A stretch of DNA of 38,118 bases from Chloroflexota bacterium (GCA_021825385.1 JAKAHU010000002.1:1-38118); one strand, 5' to 3'. Counted from the first letter of the stretch, positions 17,931 to 25,864 are shown. Numbers and translations are program-made. Notes: generated from the letters alone by a model not told the origin.

Positions 17931-19094
17931 ATGACGACTGGAACCCCTGATCCGCCCGCCCTCAGCCCGATTGGCCGTCGCGCGTTCCTCCGTGGCGCGG
18001 CGGTTGCCGGTGGTGGCGCCGTCGCAGCAACGCTCGCCGCCTGCGTTCCCGCAGGCGGGCCTGTGTGGACATTCGGCCCAGCTTCCTTGCCGGCGCCGGG
18101 CGGCTCGCCCGCCGTACCGAGCCCGTCGCCCGCCGCGATCTCTCATGCGGCGACACCCGCCGCCTCGACCGCTGCCACGACCGACCCCAACGCGGCGGCG
18201 ATGAACGAGGAGCACGATCGATCGGCGGAGACCCGCGTCAAGCGGTTTCTCGCGGGCGAGTGGGAGAAGGCGGGGCCGTACGGCAACCAGCCCCTCGAGC
18301 CGACGATCGACGGCGACTTCAAGGTCTTCGAGCTCGAGTGCACCGCGTTCGAGTGGCGGATCGACGCCGAGCTTCCGCCCGTGAACGCGCTCGGCTACAA
18401 CGGCACGTGGCCCGGGCCAGTCCTGCGCGTGACCGAGGGCGACAAGGTCCGGGCGATCGTCAGGAACTCGATGGCCGAGTCGACATCGGTTCACTTCCAC
18501 GGGCAGGCGCTCGTGAACAAGATGGACGGTGTCCCGTTCGTCACCCAGCCGCCAATCAAGCCGGGCGAGACGTTCGTCTACGAGTTCGTGGCCAAGCCGT
18601 ACGGCTCGCACATGTACCACAGCCACCACAACGCGGCTGATCAGGTCGGCCGGGGCCTGCTCGGCGCGTTCCTCGTCGACCCGAAGGATGCGAGGCTCCG
18701 CCACGACCGACGCTACGGGATCAGCCAGGACATCGTCTGGGTGAGCAACGACACGCTCGGCGGTTTCACGATCAACGGCCGGGGCTTTCCCGCGACGAAG
18801 CCGCTCACGGCAAAGCGGGGTGAGCGGATCCTGGTCCGATTCATGAACGAGGGCCAGATGATACACCCCTGGCACCTCCACGGGATGCCGATGCGGGTCG
18901 TCGCCCGTGACGGCTACTACCTGGGCTCGGCCGAGTTCACGTGCGACACGCTCGGGGTCAACCCCGGCGAGCGCTACGACGTCATCATCGACTGCGACAA
19001 CCCGGGAGCATGGGCCTTCCACTGCCACATCCTCAGTCACGCCGAGGGTCCGCAGGGGATGTTCGGGATGGTGACGGCCCTGATCGTCCAATGA
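17931..19094 (+). CDS. Two-domain multicopper oxidase, Tat-exported lipoprotein
   Basis: The start sits behind GGAGG. A Tat motif (GRRAFLRG) and lipobox (TLAAC) are present. The four Cu-ligand motifs are HFHG, HSHH, HPWHLHG and HCHILSHAEGPQGM. Length fits two cupredoxin domains. Confidence 0.85.
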   Translation: MTTGTPDPPALSPIGRRAFLRGAAVAGGGAVAATLAACVPAGGPVWTFGPASLPAPGGSPAVPSPSPAAISHAATPAASTAATTDPNAAAMNEEHDRSAETRVKRFLAGEWEKAGPYGNQPLEPTIDGDFKVFELECTAFEWRIDAELPPVNALGYNGTWPGPVLRVTEGDKVRAIVRNSMAESTSVHFHGQALVNKMDGVPFVTQPPIKPGETFVYEFVAKPYGSHMYHSHHNAADQVGRGLLGAFLVDPKDARLRHDRRYGISQDIVWVSNDTLGGFTINGRGFPATKPLTAKRGERILVRFMNEGQMIHPWHLHGMPMRVVARDGYYLGSAEFTCDTLGVNPGERYDVIIDCDNPGAWAFHCHILSHAEGPQGMFGMVTALIVQ

Positions 19095-19195
19095 CGGCCG
19101 CTGTCGACGTGCGGCAGACTTTGGATGGTTCATATACGATGGTGGAGCAATGATTCAACAATGGCTTCTCCGCCGGTTCGAGGACCCGTCGGAGG

Positions 19196-20170
19196 GTGCG
19201 GAGCGGCCTCGCGGCCACCCGGCGGGAACCTAGCGCAGTGGCATCTGACGCACCGGCGGCCGCGGGCGCACGGCCAGCGCCCGCCGGACACAGTCACTCG
19301 GCCGCCGGCGCAGGCGCCGGCCGCCTCCGGATCGTGCTGGCGCTCACCGGCGGCTACATGGCCATCGAGGTCGCGGGCGGCATCCTGACCGGCAGCCTGG
19401 CGCTGATCGCCGATGCCGGGCACATGCTCACCGACGTTGCGGGCGTATCGATGGCGCTCCTCGCCATCCGCTTCGCGGCGCGCCCGGCGAACGACGGCAA
19501 GTCGTATGGCTACTACCGGCTCGAGATCCTCGCCGCGATCGCGAACGGGATCCTCCTGTTCGGCGTCGCGGCCTACATCCTCTACGAGGCCTACCGGCGG
19601 TTCCTGGAGCCACCCGAGATCCTCGGGCTGCCGATGCTCGCGGTCGCGACCGTCGGCCTGCTGGTCAACCTCGTCTCGGCACGCCTCCTGCTCGCCGGCC
19701 AGAAGTCGAGCCTCAACCTCCGCGGGGCCTTCTATGAGGTTGTTGGGGACCTCCTGGGCTCGGTCGCAGTCATCGTCGCCGGCGTCGTCATCGCGCTCAC
19801 CGGCTGGAACATCGTCGACCCGATCGCCTCGGTCGTCATCGGCCTGTTCATCCTGCCCCGAACCTGGACGCTCATCCGCGACGCGGTCGACGTTCTCCTC
19901 GAGGCGACCCCGAAAGGCGTCGACATGGCCGAGGTTCGCCGGCACATCACCGAGACCGAGGGTGTCAAGGATGCCCACGACCTCCACGCCTGGACGATCA
20001 CGAGCGGGATGAACGTCCTCTCCGCGCACATCGTCCTCGCCGACGGGGCGCGAGCCGACGAGGTGCTCGATCGGCTGTGCGGCTGCCTCTCCGATGACTT
20101 CGACATCGAGCACAGCACGTTCCAGCTGGAGCCGACCGACCGGCGCACGGTCGAGAAGGCGACCCACTGA
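19196..20170 (+). CDS. Cation diffusion facilitator (CzcD/ZitB-like) efflux transporter
   Basis: ALIADAGHMLTDV, YGYYRLEILAA and LHAWTITSG are CDF hallmarks, with an N-terminal HSHS. The start may instead be the GTG at 19238. Confidence 0.85.
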   Translation: MRSGLAATRREPSAVASDAPAAAGARPAPAGHSHSAAGAGAGRLRIVLALTGGYMAIEVAGGILTGSLALIADAGHMLTDVAGVSMALLAIRFAARPANDGKSYGYYRLEILAAIANGILLFGVAAYILYEAYRRFLEPPEILGLPMLAVATVGLLVNLVSARLLLAGQKSSLNLRGAFYEVVGDLLGSVAVIVAGVVIALTGWNIVDPIASVVIGLFILPRTWTLIRDAVDVLLEATPKGVDMAEVRRHITETEGVKDAHDLHAWTITSGMNVLSAHIVLADGARADEVLDRLCGCLSDDFDIEHSTFQLEPTDRRTVEKATH

Positions 20171-20198
20171 GTCTCAAGCACGCGAAAGGAGAACCCGA

Positions 20199-20567
20199 AT
20201 GACCGACCTGAACCAGACGGTGCAGAGCACCCCGACGAGCCTGACCTGCCCCAAGTGCGCCGGCGCGATGCGGGCCTACGAGCGGAACGGGATCACGATC
20301 GACCAGTGCACCGAGTGCCGGGGAATCTTCCTCGACCGCGGCGAGCTCGAGCGGCTCATCGAGGCCGAGGACGTGCACTACAGCGGCCAGACGGCGCCCG
20401 GATCGGAGCAGGCGGGCGGATACCCCGACCCCCGCGACTACCCGCCAGATCCCGGCTATCGCGGCGACCGCGGCGGGAAGCACGGCGGCGGGAAGCACGG
20501 GGGCTACGGCGGGTACCAGCGCCGGCGCCGTGGCGGCTTCCTCGGCGACCTGCTCGACTTCGGCTGA
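20199..20567 (+). CDS. TFIIB-type zinc-ribbon protein with a Gly/His/Tyr-rich tail
   Basis: CPKC...(17)...CTECRGIFLDRGELERLI is followed by a low-complexity GGKHGGGKHGGYGGY tail. The start sits behind AAAGGAG. A 15-nt tandem duplication lies at 20472-20501. Confidence 0.7.
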   Translation: MTDLNQTVQSTPTSLTCPKCAGAMRAYERNGITIDQCTECRGIFLDRGELERLIEAEDVHYSGQTAPGSEQAGGYPDPRDYPPDPGYRGDRGGKHGGGKHGGYGGYQRRRRGGFLGDLLDFG

Positions 20568-20603
20568 TCGAAGGACATCGAGACCGTGCGAAAGGAGGCC
20601 ACC

Positions 20604-21125
20604 ATGTCCGTCGAACCTGGTGCGGGGGGTGGAGCATTCCTCAGTCGGCGTCAGCTCCTGCGCCTGTCCCTCTTCGCCGGTCTTGGCGCGCTCGCCGCCG
20701 CCTGCGCGGGACGAAGCGAGCCGGGCTGGACCTACGGCCCGACCCTCGCGCCATCCACCGGCTCGCCCGAGCCTTCATCCGCCCCGAGCGGGGCGGCCAC
20801 GCCTGCGGCAGCGAGCGCCTCGCCCTCGGCCGGCGGGTCGGGGGTGGTGATCAAGATCGTCGCCCAGAACATCAAGTTCGATCTTGCCGAGTTCAGCGTC
20901 CCCGCCGACACCCCGTTCCAGATCGTGTTCGACAACCAGGACGCGGGGATCCCGCACAACGTGGCGATCTACCAGGGGCAGGCCGGTGGTCCGACCCTCT
21001 TCAAGGGCGAGATCTTCAACGGCGTCAAGACGGTTACCTATGACGTCCCTGGCCTCCCCGCCGGCAACCACTACTTCCAGTGCGACGTGCACCCGACAAT
21101 GAACGGCACGGTCCGCGCCGGGTGA
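20604..21125 (+). CDS. Cupredoxin (type-1 copper, amicyanin-like ligand spacing), Tat signal and possible lipobox
   Basis: The start sits behind AAGGAGG. SRRQLLR is a Tat motif and LAAAC a possible lipobox. Ligand candidates are IPHNV plus YFQCDVHPTMNG (C-x2-H-x2-M). Confidence 0.8.
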   Translation: MSVEPGAGGGAFLSRRQLLRLSLFAGLGALAAACAGRSEPGWTYGPTLAPSTGSPEPSSAPSGAATPAAASASPSAGGSGVVIKIVAQNIKFDLAEFSVPADTPFQIVFDNQDAGIPHNVAIYQGQAGGPTLFKGEIFNGVKTVTYDVPGLPAGNHYFQCDVHPTMNGTVRAG

Positions 21126-21216
21126 CGAACGCAGGGCACCGTCGAGTCACCGATCGGTCACGGTCGCGGGCGCCCAGAGACGCTGGGAGCGTGCGTCCTC
21201 GAGACATGCCTCAAGT

Positions 21217-23157
21217 ATGGCCGCCCGGACTTCGCCGTCCCTCGCCATGAGCGAGCACGACGACCACACTCCGGGACACGATGACGGCAGCGACGCGCCA
21301 TTCTGGCGGCTTCGCAACGTCCAGCTCGCGTTCGGCGCCGGTCTAGTCCTAGCCGCCGGGCTCCTCGTCGAGCGCCTGGCGGCCGCGCCCGGTGTCGCCG
21401 CGGCCGCCTACGTCGCCGCGGTCGTCGTCGGTGGCGCCACCTTCGTCCCCGAGTCAGTGCGCGCCCTCGCCCGCCGCGAGGTCGGCGTCGGCACACTGAT
21501 GACGATCGTGGCTGCCGGGGCCGTGCTGCTCGGCGAGTTCGGCGAGGCGGCCAGTCTCGCGTTCCTGTTCTCGATCGCCGAGGCGCTCGAAGCGTACTCG
21601 CTGACGCAGGCGCGGCGCGGCCTCCGGAGCCTGCTCGCGCTCGTGCCCCCGACGGTGACCGTCCTCCATGACGGCGGCACGCGGAAGGTCCCGGCCGGCG
21701 AGGTTCGGGTGGGCGACCGGATCGAGCTTCGACCTGGCGAGCGATTGGCGACCGACGGGATCGTGCGCGCGGGTCGATCGGCGCTCGACGTCTCGGCGAT
21801 CACTGGCGAATCCATGCGCGTGGAGGTCGAACCGGGCGATCGCGTGTTCGCGGGTTCGGTGAACGGCGGCGGGGTGCTCGAGGTCGAGGCGACTGCCACG
21901 GCCGAGGACAACTCACTCGCGCGGATCGTCCACATCGTCGAGGAGGCCCAGGAGCGCAAGGGGGGGGCGCAGCGGACCGCGGACCGGATCGCCCGCCCGC
22001 TCGTCCCCGGGATCATGGTCGTGGCCGCGGTGGCGGCCGTCGGCGGCAGCCTCCTCGACGACCCTGCCACGTGGCTGCCCCGGTCGCTCGTCATTCTCGT
22101 CGCCGCCGCGCCATGCGCGTTCGCGATCGCGGTCCCGGTGACCGTCGTGGCGGCGATCGGCGCGGCGAGCCGGGCGGGCGTCCTGGTGAAAGGCGGAGCG
22201 GCCCTCGAGATGCTCGGTGCGGCGCGGATCGTGGCTCTGGACAAGACGGGCACGATCACCCGCAACCGGCCCGAGGTGGTGGCGGTCGAAGCCGTCGACG
22301 GCGTCGATCGCGACACCCTGCTCTCGCTCGCGGCGGCGCTCGAGGCCCGCAGCGAGCACCCGCTCGCGGCGGCGATCCTCGCCGCCACACCCACCGTGCC
22401 GCCCGCAACCGACGTCGAGGCGGTCGCCGGACACGGGCTGACCGGGTCGGTCGGCGGCGATTGGGTGCGACTCGGCCGTCCGGGGTTCATCGCCCCTGAC
22501 GGGTTGACGCCCGTGCTCGATGCCGTCCAAGAGGCCGGCGCAACCGCCGTGCTCGTCGAGCGGGCCGGGAGGACAGTCGGCCTGGTGGCGGTCCGGGACG
22601 AACTCCGGCCGGAGGCCCCGGAGGCCGTGCGGGAGCTCCATGGGCTGGGCCTCGCGAGCGTCGTGCTGACCGGCGACAACCGCCGGACCGCCGAGGCGCT
22701 CGCCGCCCGGGCCGGGGTCGGCCGGGTCGAGGCGGAGCTGCTTCCCGAGGACAAGGCGCGCATCGTGGAGCGGCTGCGAATGGAGCGGCCGGTGGCAATG
22801 GTTGGCGACGGGATCAACGACGCCCCGGCGCTTGCGAGCGCCGACGTGGGCATCGCGATGGGCGCGCTGGGCACGGACGTCGCGATCGAGACTGCGGATG
22901 TGGTCCTCATGGGGGAGGATCTCAGGCACCTGCCGGCATCCTTTCGGCACGCCCGCCGGGCGCTCGGCATCATGCGCCAGAACCTCGTCCTGTCGGGCGC
23001 CATCCTCGTCGTGCTCGTGCCCCTGGCCGCCCTCGGCATCCTCGGCCTCGCGGCCGTGGTCGCCATCCACGAGCTGGCCGAGGTCCTCGTGATCGCCAAC
23101 GGGCTGCGAGCCGGGCGCGGCCACGCCCTGACGCTCGCGCCCGCCGTCGCCCCGTAG
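21217..23157 (+). CDS. P1B-type heavy-metal-translocating ATPase (no HMA domain, APC motif)
   Basis: ITGES, DKTGTIT, SEHPLA and GDGINDAPAL are present. The membrane motif is AAAPCAFAIAVP and the last TM carries IHELAEVLV. The N-terminus is His/Asp-rich (HDDHTPGHDD). Confidence 0.9.
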   Translation: MAARTSPSLAMSEHDDHTPGHDDGSDAPFWRLRNVQLAFGAGLVLAAGLLVERLAAAPGVAAAAYVAAVVVGGATFVPESVRALARREVGVGTLMTIVAAGAVLLGEFGEAASLAFLFSIAEALEAYSLTQARRGLRSLLALVPPTVTVLHDGGTRKVPAGEVRVGDRIELRPGERLATDGIVRAGRSALDVSAITGESMRVEVEPGDRVFAGSVNGGGVLEVEATATAEDNSLARIVHIVEEAQERKGGAQRTADRIARPLVPGIMVVAAVAAVGGSLLDDPATWLPRSLVILVAAAPCAFAIAVPVTVVAAIGAASRAGVLVKGGAALEMLGAARIVALDKTGTITRNRPEVVAVEAVDGVDRDTLLSLAAALEARSEHPLAAAILAATPTVPPATDVEAVAGHGLTGSVGGDWVRLGRPGFIAPDGLTPVLDAVQEAGATAVLVERAGRTVGLVAVRDELRPEAPEAVRELHGLGLASVVLTGDNRRTAEALAARAGVGRVEAELLPEDKARIVERLRMERPVAMVGDGINDAPALASADVGIAMGALGTDVAIETADVVLMGEDLRHLPASFRHARRALGIMRQNLVLSGAILVVLVPLAALGILGLAAVVAIHELAEVLVIANGLRAGRGHALTLAPAVAP

Positions 23158-23173
23158 GAGGACGGAACGCGAG

Positions 23174-23614
23174 GTGGCGAGTGCACCCTGGCATACTGCG
23201 GGCATGATCCGCGCGTATGGCGCCGCCCTGTCCGAAGACCGCTGCGAGACGGAGTGCATCCACCCCGAGCAGGTCCGCCCGCTGCTCGGCCGCACGCTGT
23301 CGGGCCAGGCCGCCCTGCGGGTCGGCGACCTGTTCGGACTGCTTGCGGATCCGACCCGGGCTCGCATCCTCCACGCGCTCACGCTCATCGACGAGCTCTG
23401 CGTGTGCGACCTCGCCCTTCTCCTCGGGCTCTCGGTCTCGGGCTTGAGCCACCAGCTCCGGCTGCTCCGGGACCGGGACGCGGTCGCGCGCCGGAAGTCC
23501 GGACGGATCGTCTACTACCGCCTGGCGGACGAGCATGTCCGGCGTCTGCTGACCGATGCGCTCGTCCACGTCGGCGAGGGAGTCGCGGCCGACGTCACGG
23601 ACCAGACCGCGTGA
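23174..23614 (+). CDS. ArsR/SmtB-family metalloregulator with alpha3 (CVC) and alpha5 (DxHx10HxxE) type sites
   Basis: LLADPTRARILHAL...ELCVCDLA...LSHQLRLLRD...YYRLADEHVRRLLTDALVHVGE, plus an N-terminal CETEC. It lies 16 nt downstream of the ATPase. Confidence 0.85.
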   Translation: MASAPWHTAGMIRAYGAALSEDRCETECIHPEQVRPLLGRTLSGQAALRVGDLFGLLADPTRARILHALTLIDELCVCDLALLLGLSVSGLSHQLRLLRDRDAVARRKSGRIVYYRLADEHVRRLLTDALVHVGEGVAADVTDQTA

Positions 23615-23706
23615 CGCACCCGCCGGCCGCCAGCAGTTCCGAAGCTGCCAACCATGCCTGAACTGCCCCGCCCGCTGTGGCCGTGACGTCGATGGGCCAT
23701 GTGTGA

Positions 23707-24076
23707 ACCCGTCGCTCGGCCGGACCTCCTTACCGCGCGCTGGCAGATGGCGCTCTTGCTCTGCCGAGCCTCGGCATCCACGACTCTACCCGCGACCAGG
23801 CCGACCCGGCCCGGATGTGGGCGACGCTCGGGACGCCGCCGGCCCATCCGATGACTGGCCTTGCCGCCACGCCCGATGGTTGGACCGTCTACGCGGGGGC
23901 GCCCGACGGGCCTGTTCCGCAGCGACGGCGGTGGCCAGAGCTGGTCGCCGACCGGCTTCCGCGGGGGTGCGTTCGCAATCGCGACGACGACCGATGGAAG
24001 GACTGTTGCGATGGTAGGCCGAGAGACCGAGTTCTTCCGCTCGGAGGATCGGGGCACATCCTGGCCGGCTCCGTGA
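23707..24076 (+). pseudogene. C-terminal fragment of a BNR/Asp-box repeat (sialidase-like beta-propeller) protein with one frameshift
   Basis: Two Asp-box-like motifs (FRSDGGGQSW, FRSEDRGTSW) occur in ORF 23861..24076. The upstream continuation ...ATPDGWTVYAGAPDG lies in a different frame (the 23815 frame). No start codon and no N-terminal two thirds are present. Confidence 0.45.
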
Positions 24077-24178
24077 GCACTGCGGACTCATCGATCGAGC
24101 TGGCCGAGCGAACGCTCCGACGTCTCGGCGGGCCGGCAGCGCTGGCGACCCTCGTCGCGGCGCTCGCCGGGATCGCGC

Positions 24179-24751
24179 GTGCGCGGCAGCCGAGCCCCGC
24201 AGCGGCAGCCGAGCCCCGCAGCGGCAGCCGAGCGTGGCGTGAGCGAGACGGTGGCGCTGATTGCGGCGACGGCGGGCTTCGTCGGCCTGAGCGCGACCCT
24301 GTGGCGCCCGCTCCCGATCGCGCTCGGCGTCCCAGCCCGCGCCCTCGCTGCCGGAGCGGAAGCGGCCTCGATGCTCGGCGGTCTCGGTCTCTACCTGGCC
24401 GGGATGGCGGCCCTCGGTCCCGCCTACGACGTCTCCTCGGAGTTCGGGGCCCGGGTCCACGAGGGTCAGCGCCTCGTCACGTCGGGACCGTACGCAGTCG
24501 TCCGTCACCCGATGTATCTCGGGCTGGCGATCACGGCCGTCAGTGGGCTCCTGCTCTATCGGACCTGGACGACCCTGGCGGACGTCGCGGCGCTTCCGGT
24601 CCTGGTCGTTCGCGCGCGGCGCGAGGACGAGGTCCTGGCCGAGGCCTTCGGCCACGACTGGGCGACGTACCGCGATAGGGTGTCGGAGTGGATCCCGCGC
24701 TTGGCTTGCGCCACCCTCGCCGAGGATCTCGCCGCTCGATCGCAGAGCTGA
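24179..24751 (+). CDS. Isoprenylcysteine carboxyl methyltransferase (ICMT/PEMT, CzcN-like) family membrane protein; 5' end uncertain because of a tandem duplication
   Basis: GPYAVVRHPMYLG...RREDEVLAEAFGHDWATYRDRV is the family signature. An alternative GTG lies at 24239. A possible original start is GTG 24073, in another frame (see findings). Confidence 0.75.
   Translation: MRGSRAPQRQPSPAAAAERGVSETVALIAATAGFVGLSATLWRPLPIALGVPARALAAGAEAASMLGGLGLYLAGMAALGPAYDVSSEFGARVHEGQRLVTSGPYAVVRHPMYLGLAITAVSGLLLYRTWTTLADVAALPVLVVRARREDEVLAEAFGHDWATYRDRVSEWIPRLACATLAEDLAARSQS
24186..24233. repeat. 19-nt perfect tandem duplication GCAGCCGAGCCCCGCAGCG x2 plus a 10-nt partial third copy
   Basis: Read directly: units at 24186-24204 and 24205-24223, with a partial unit at 24224-24233. 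Confidence 0.9.
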
Positions 24752-24761
24752 TCGAAAGCAG

Positions 24762-24814
24762 GAGGGCCGAACCCACCCCTGCGCAGGCGGTCTCGGCCCT
24801 CTGCTTTCTGGTTT
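24762..24814 (+). terminator. Candidate intrinsic terminator after the ICMT-like gene
   Basis: A GAGGGCCGA ... TCGGCCCTC 9-bp stem (24762-24770 / 24793-24801) is followed by TGCTTTCTGGTTT. The 22-nt loop is long. Confidence 0.4.
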
Positions 24815-24937
24815 GGCGTGCAGACCTCAGCTCAGGCGGTCAGCACTCCGCCTCGGTTCACCTATTGATGAAACGATACGGCCAACCGGGCCGCGGCGCA
24901 AGACTGATCCGCGTCCACCCTCCGAGCGGGAGCGATC

Positions 24938-25351
24938 TCAGGCTGTTGGGTCGCCCTCGCCTGCGGAGGATGGGACCTGCTCGGCTACAGCACGGAGGCC
25001 GCGGCGGTTCGGTGGGCCGTAGTTGAGGCAGGCCTCGATCAGCGGAGCCACATCGGCCAGGACGCGCGTCGACGCATCGAGCAGCCGCCCGACGGCCGGA
25101 CTAGCGAGCCGGTAGACGTTGTACCGTCCCCGTGCCTCAATTGCGACGAGCCCGCACTCGAGCAGACAGCCGAGGTGGTTCGAGGCGCGTGGCGGGGTCA
25201 GGCCAACGAGGCTGGCGATCTGTCCGGCTGTCAATGGTCCATGGCGCAGCTGGCGCAGGATGCCCAGCCGCGAAGGATCGGCGAGGCCGCGGTGAAGTTT
25301 CGACTCGATCTCGAGTGGCAGCCGCCCGGCGAGCGGACTCGGTTCAGCCAT
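24938..25351 (-). CDS. ArsR-family metalloregulator, CmtR-like (alpha4C-type Cys pair in the recognition helix)
   Basis: GLADPSRLGILRQL...ASNHLGCLLECGLV resembles CmtR SNHLSCLRGCGLV. A C-terminal Cys lies in IEACLNYGPPNRR. Confidence 0.8.
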   Translation of the reverse strand: MAEPSPLAGRLPLEIESKLHRGLADPSRLGILRQLRHGPLTAGQIASLVGLTPPRASNHLGCLLECGLVAIEARGRYNVYRLASPAVGRLLDASTRVLADVAPLIEACLNYGPPNRRGLRAVAEQVPSSAGEGDPTA

Positions 25352-25381
25352 GGCTAGATGATAGCCCCGTTCGGGTCCGAC

Positions 25382-25627
25382 TCAGCCGCCGAGCGCGCGC
25401 TTGGCCTGCTCGAGCTCGTCGGCGCTGATCTCACCGCGGGCGAACCGACGGCGGAAGATCTCGATCGGATCATCCGTCGAACGGCCTCTCGGTCGAATCG
25501 CGAGCACGATCCCGACGATGACGAGGGCGGCGACTGCCGCCACGAGCAGAAGACCGAGCCAGCCGCCGGTCATCCAACCGCCCCCGAACACACCGTCTAC
25601 TCCATAGCACGAGCCGGAGCCCATCAT
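25382..25627 (-). CDS. SHOCT-domain single-pass membrane protein
   Basis: From the MM at 25627 behind AAGGAGG: MMGSGSCYGVDGVFGGGWMTGGWLGLLLVAAVAALVIVGIVLAI...FARGEISADELEQAKRALGG, with a SHOCT-type C-terminus. Confidence 0.7.
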   Translation of the reverse strand: MMGSGSCYGVDGVFGGGWMTGGWLGLLLVAAVAALVIVGIVLAIRPRGRSTDDPIEIFRRRFARGEISADELEQAKRALGG

Positions 25628-25864
25628 TCGCGCACCTCCTTGATGGTCGGATCGTGCCGACCATACGCCAGCCGACGTTTCAGCAGCCAGTGAAGGAGGG
25701 CCTGCCAGCCCGTACAGCCCGGCCTCAGGGGCACCAACGAGGGTTGGGACAGGTAGCGCGTCGGTCCCGGCTTCGGTCATGTCTCGTGGTCCTCGCTGGC
25801 TGAGCGTGGGCAGCGCGGTGGCGGCACCCGCGTCGGGTCTGCTATTGTTTCATGAATTGCTGAA

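Noticed and set aside
19110-19170. AT-richer stretch upstream of the CzcD-like gene with direct GATGGT repeats and TTCATAT / ATGATTCAA elements, considered as an ArsR/SmtB operator
   Set aside because: No clean inverted repeat could be aligned. It may simply be the promoter region.
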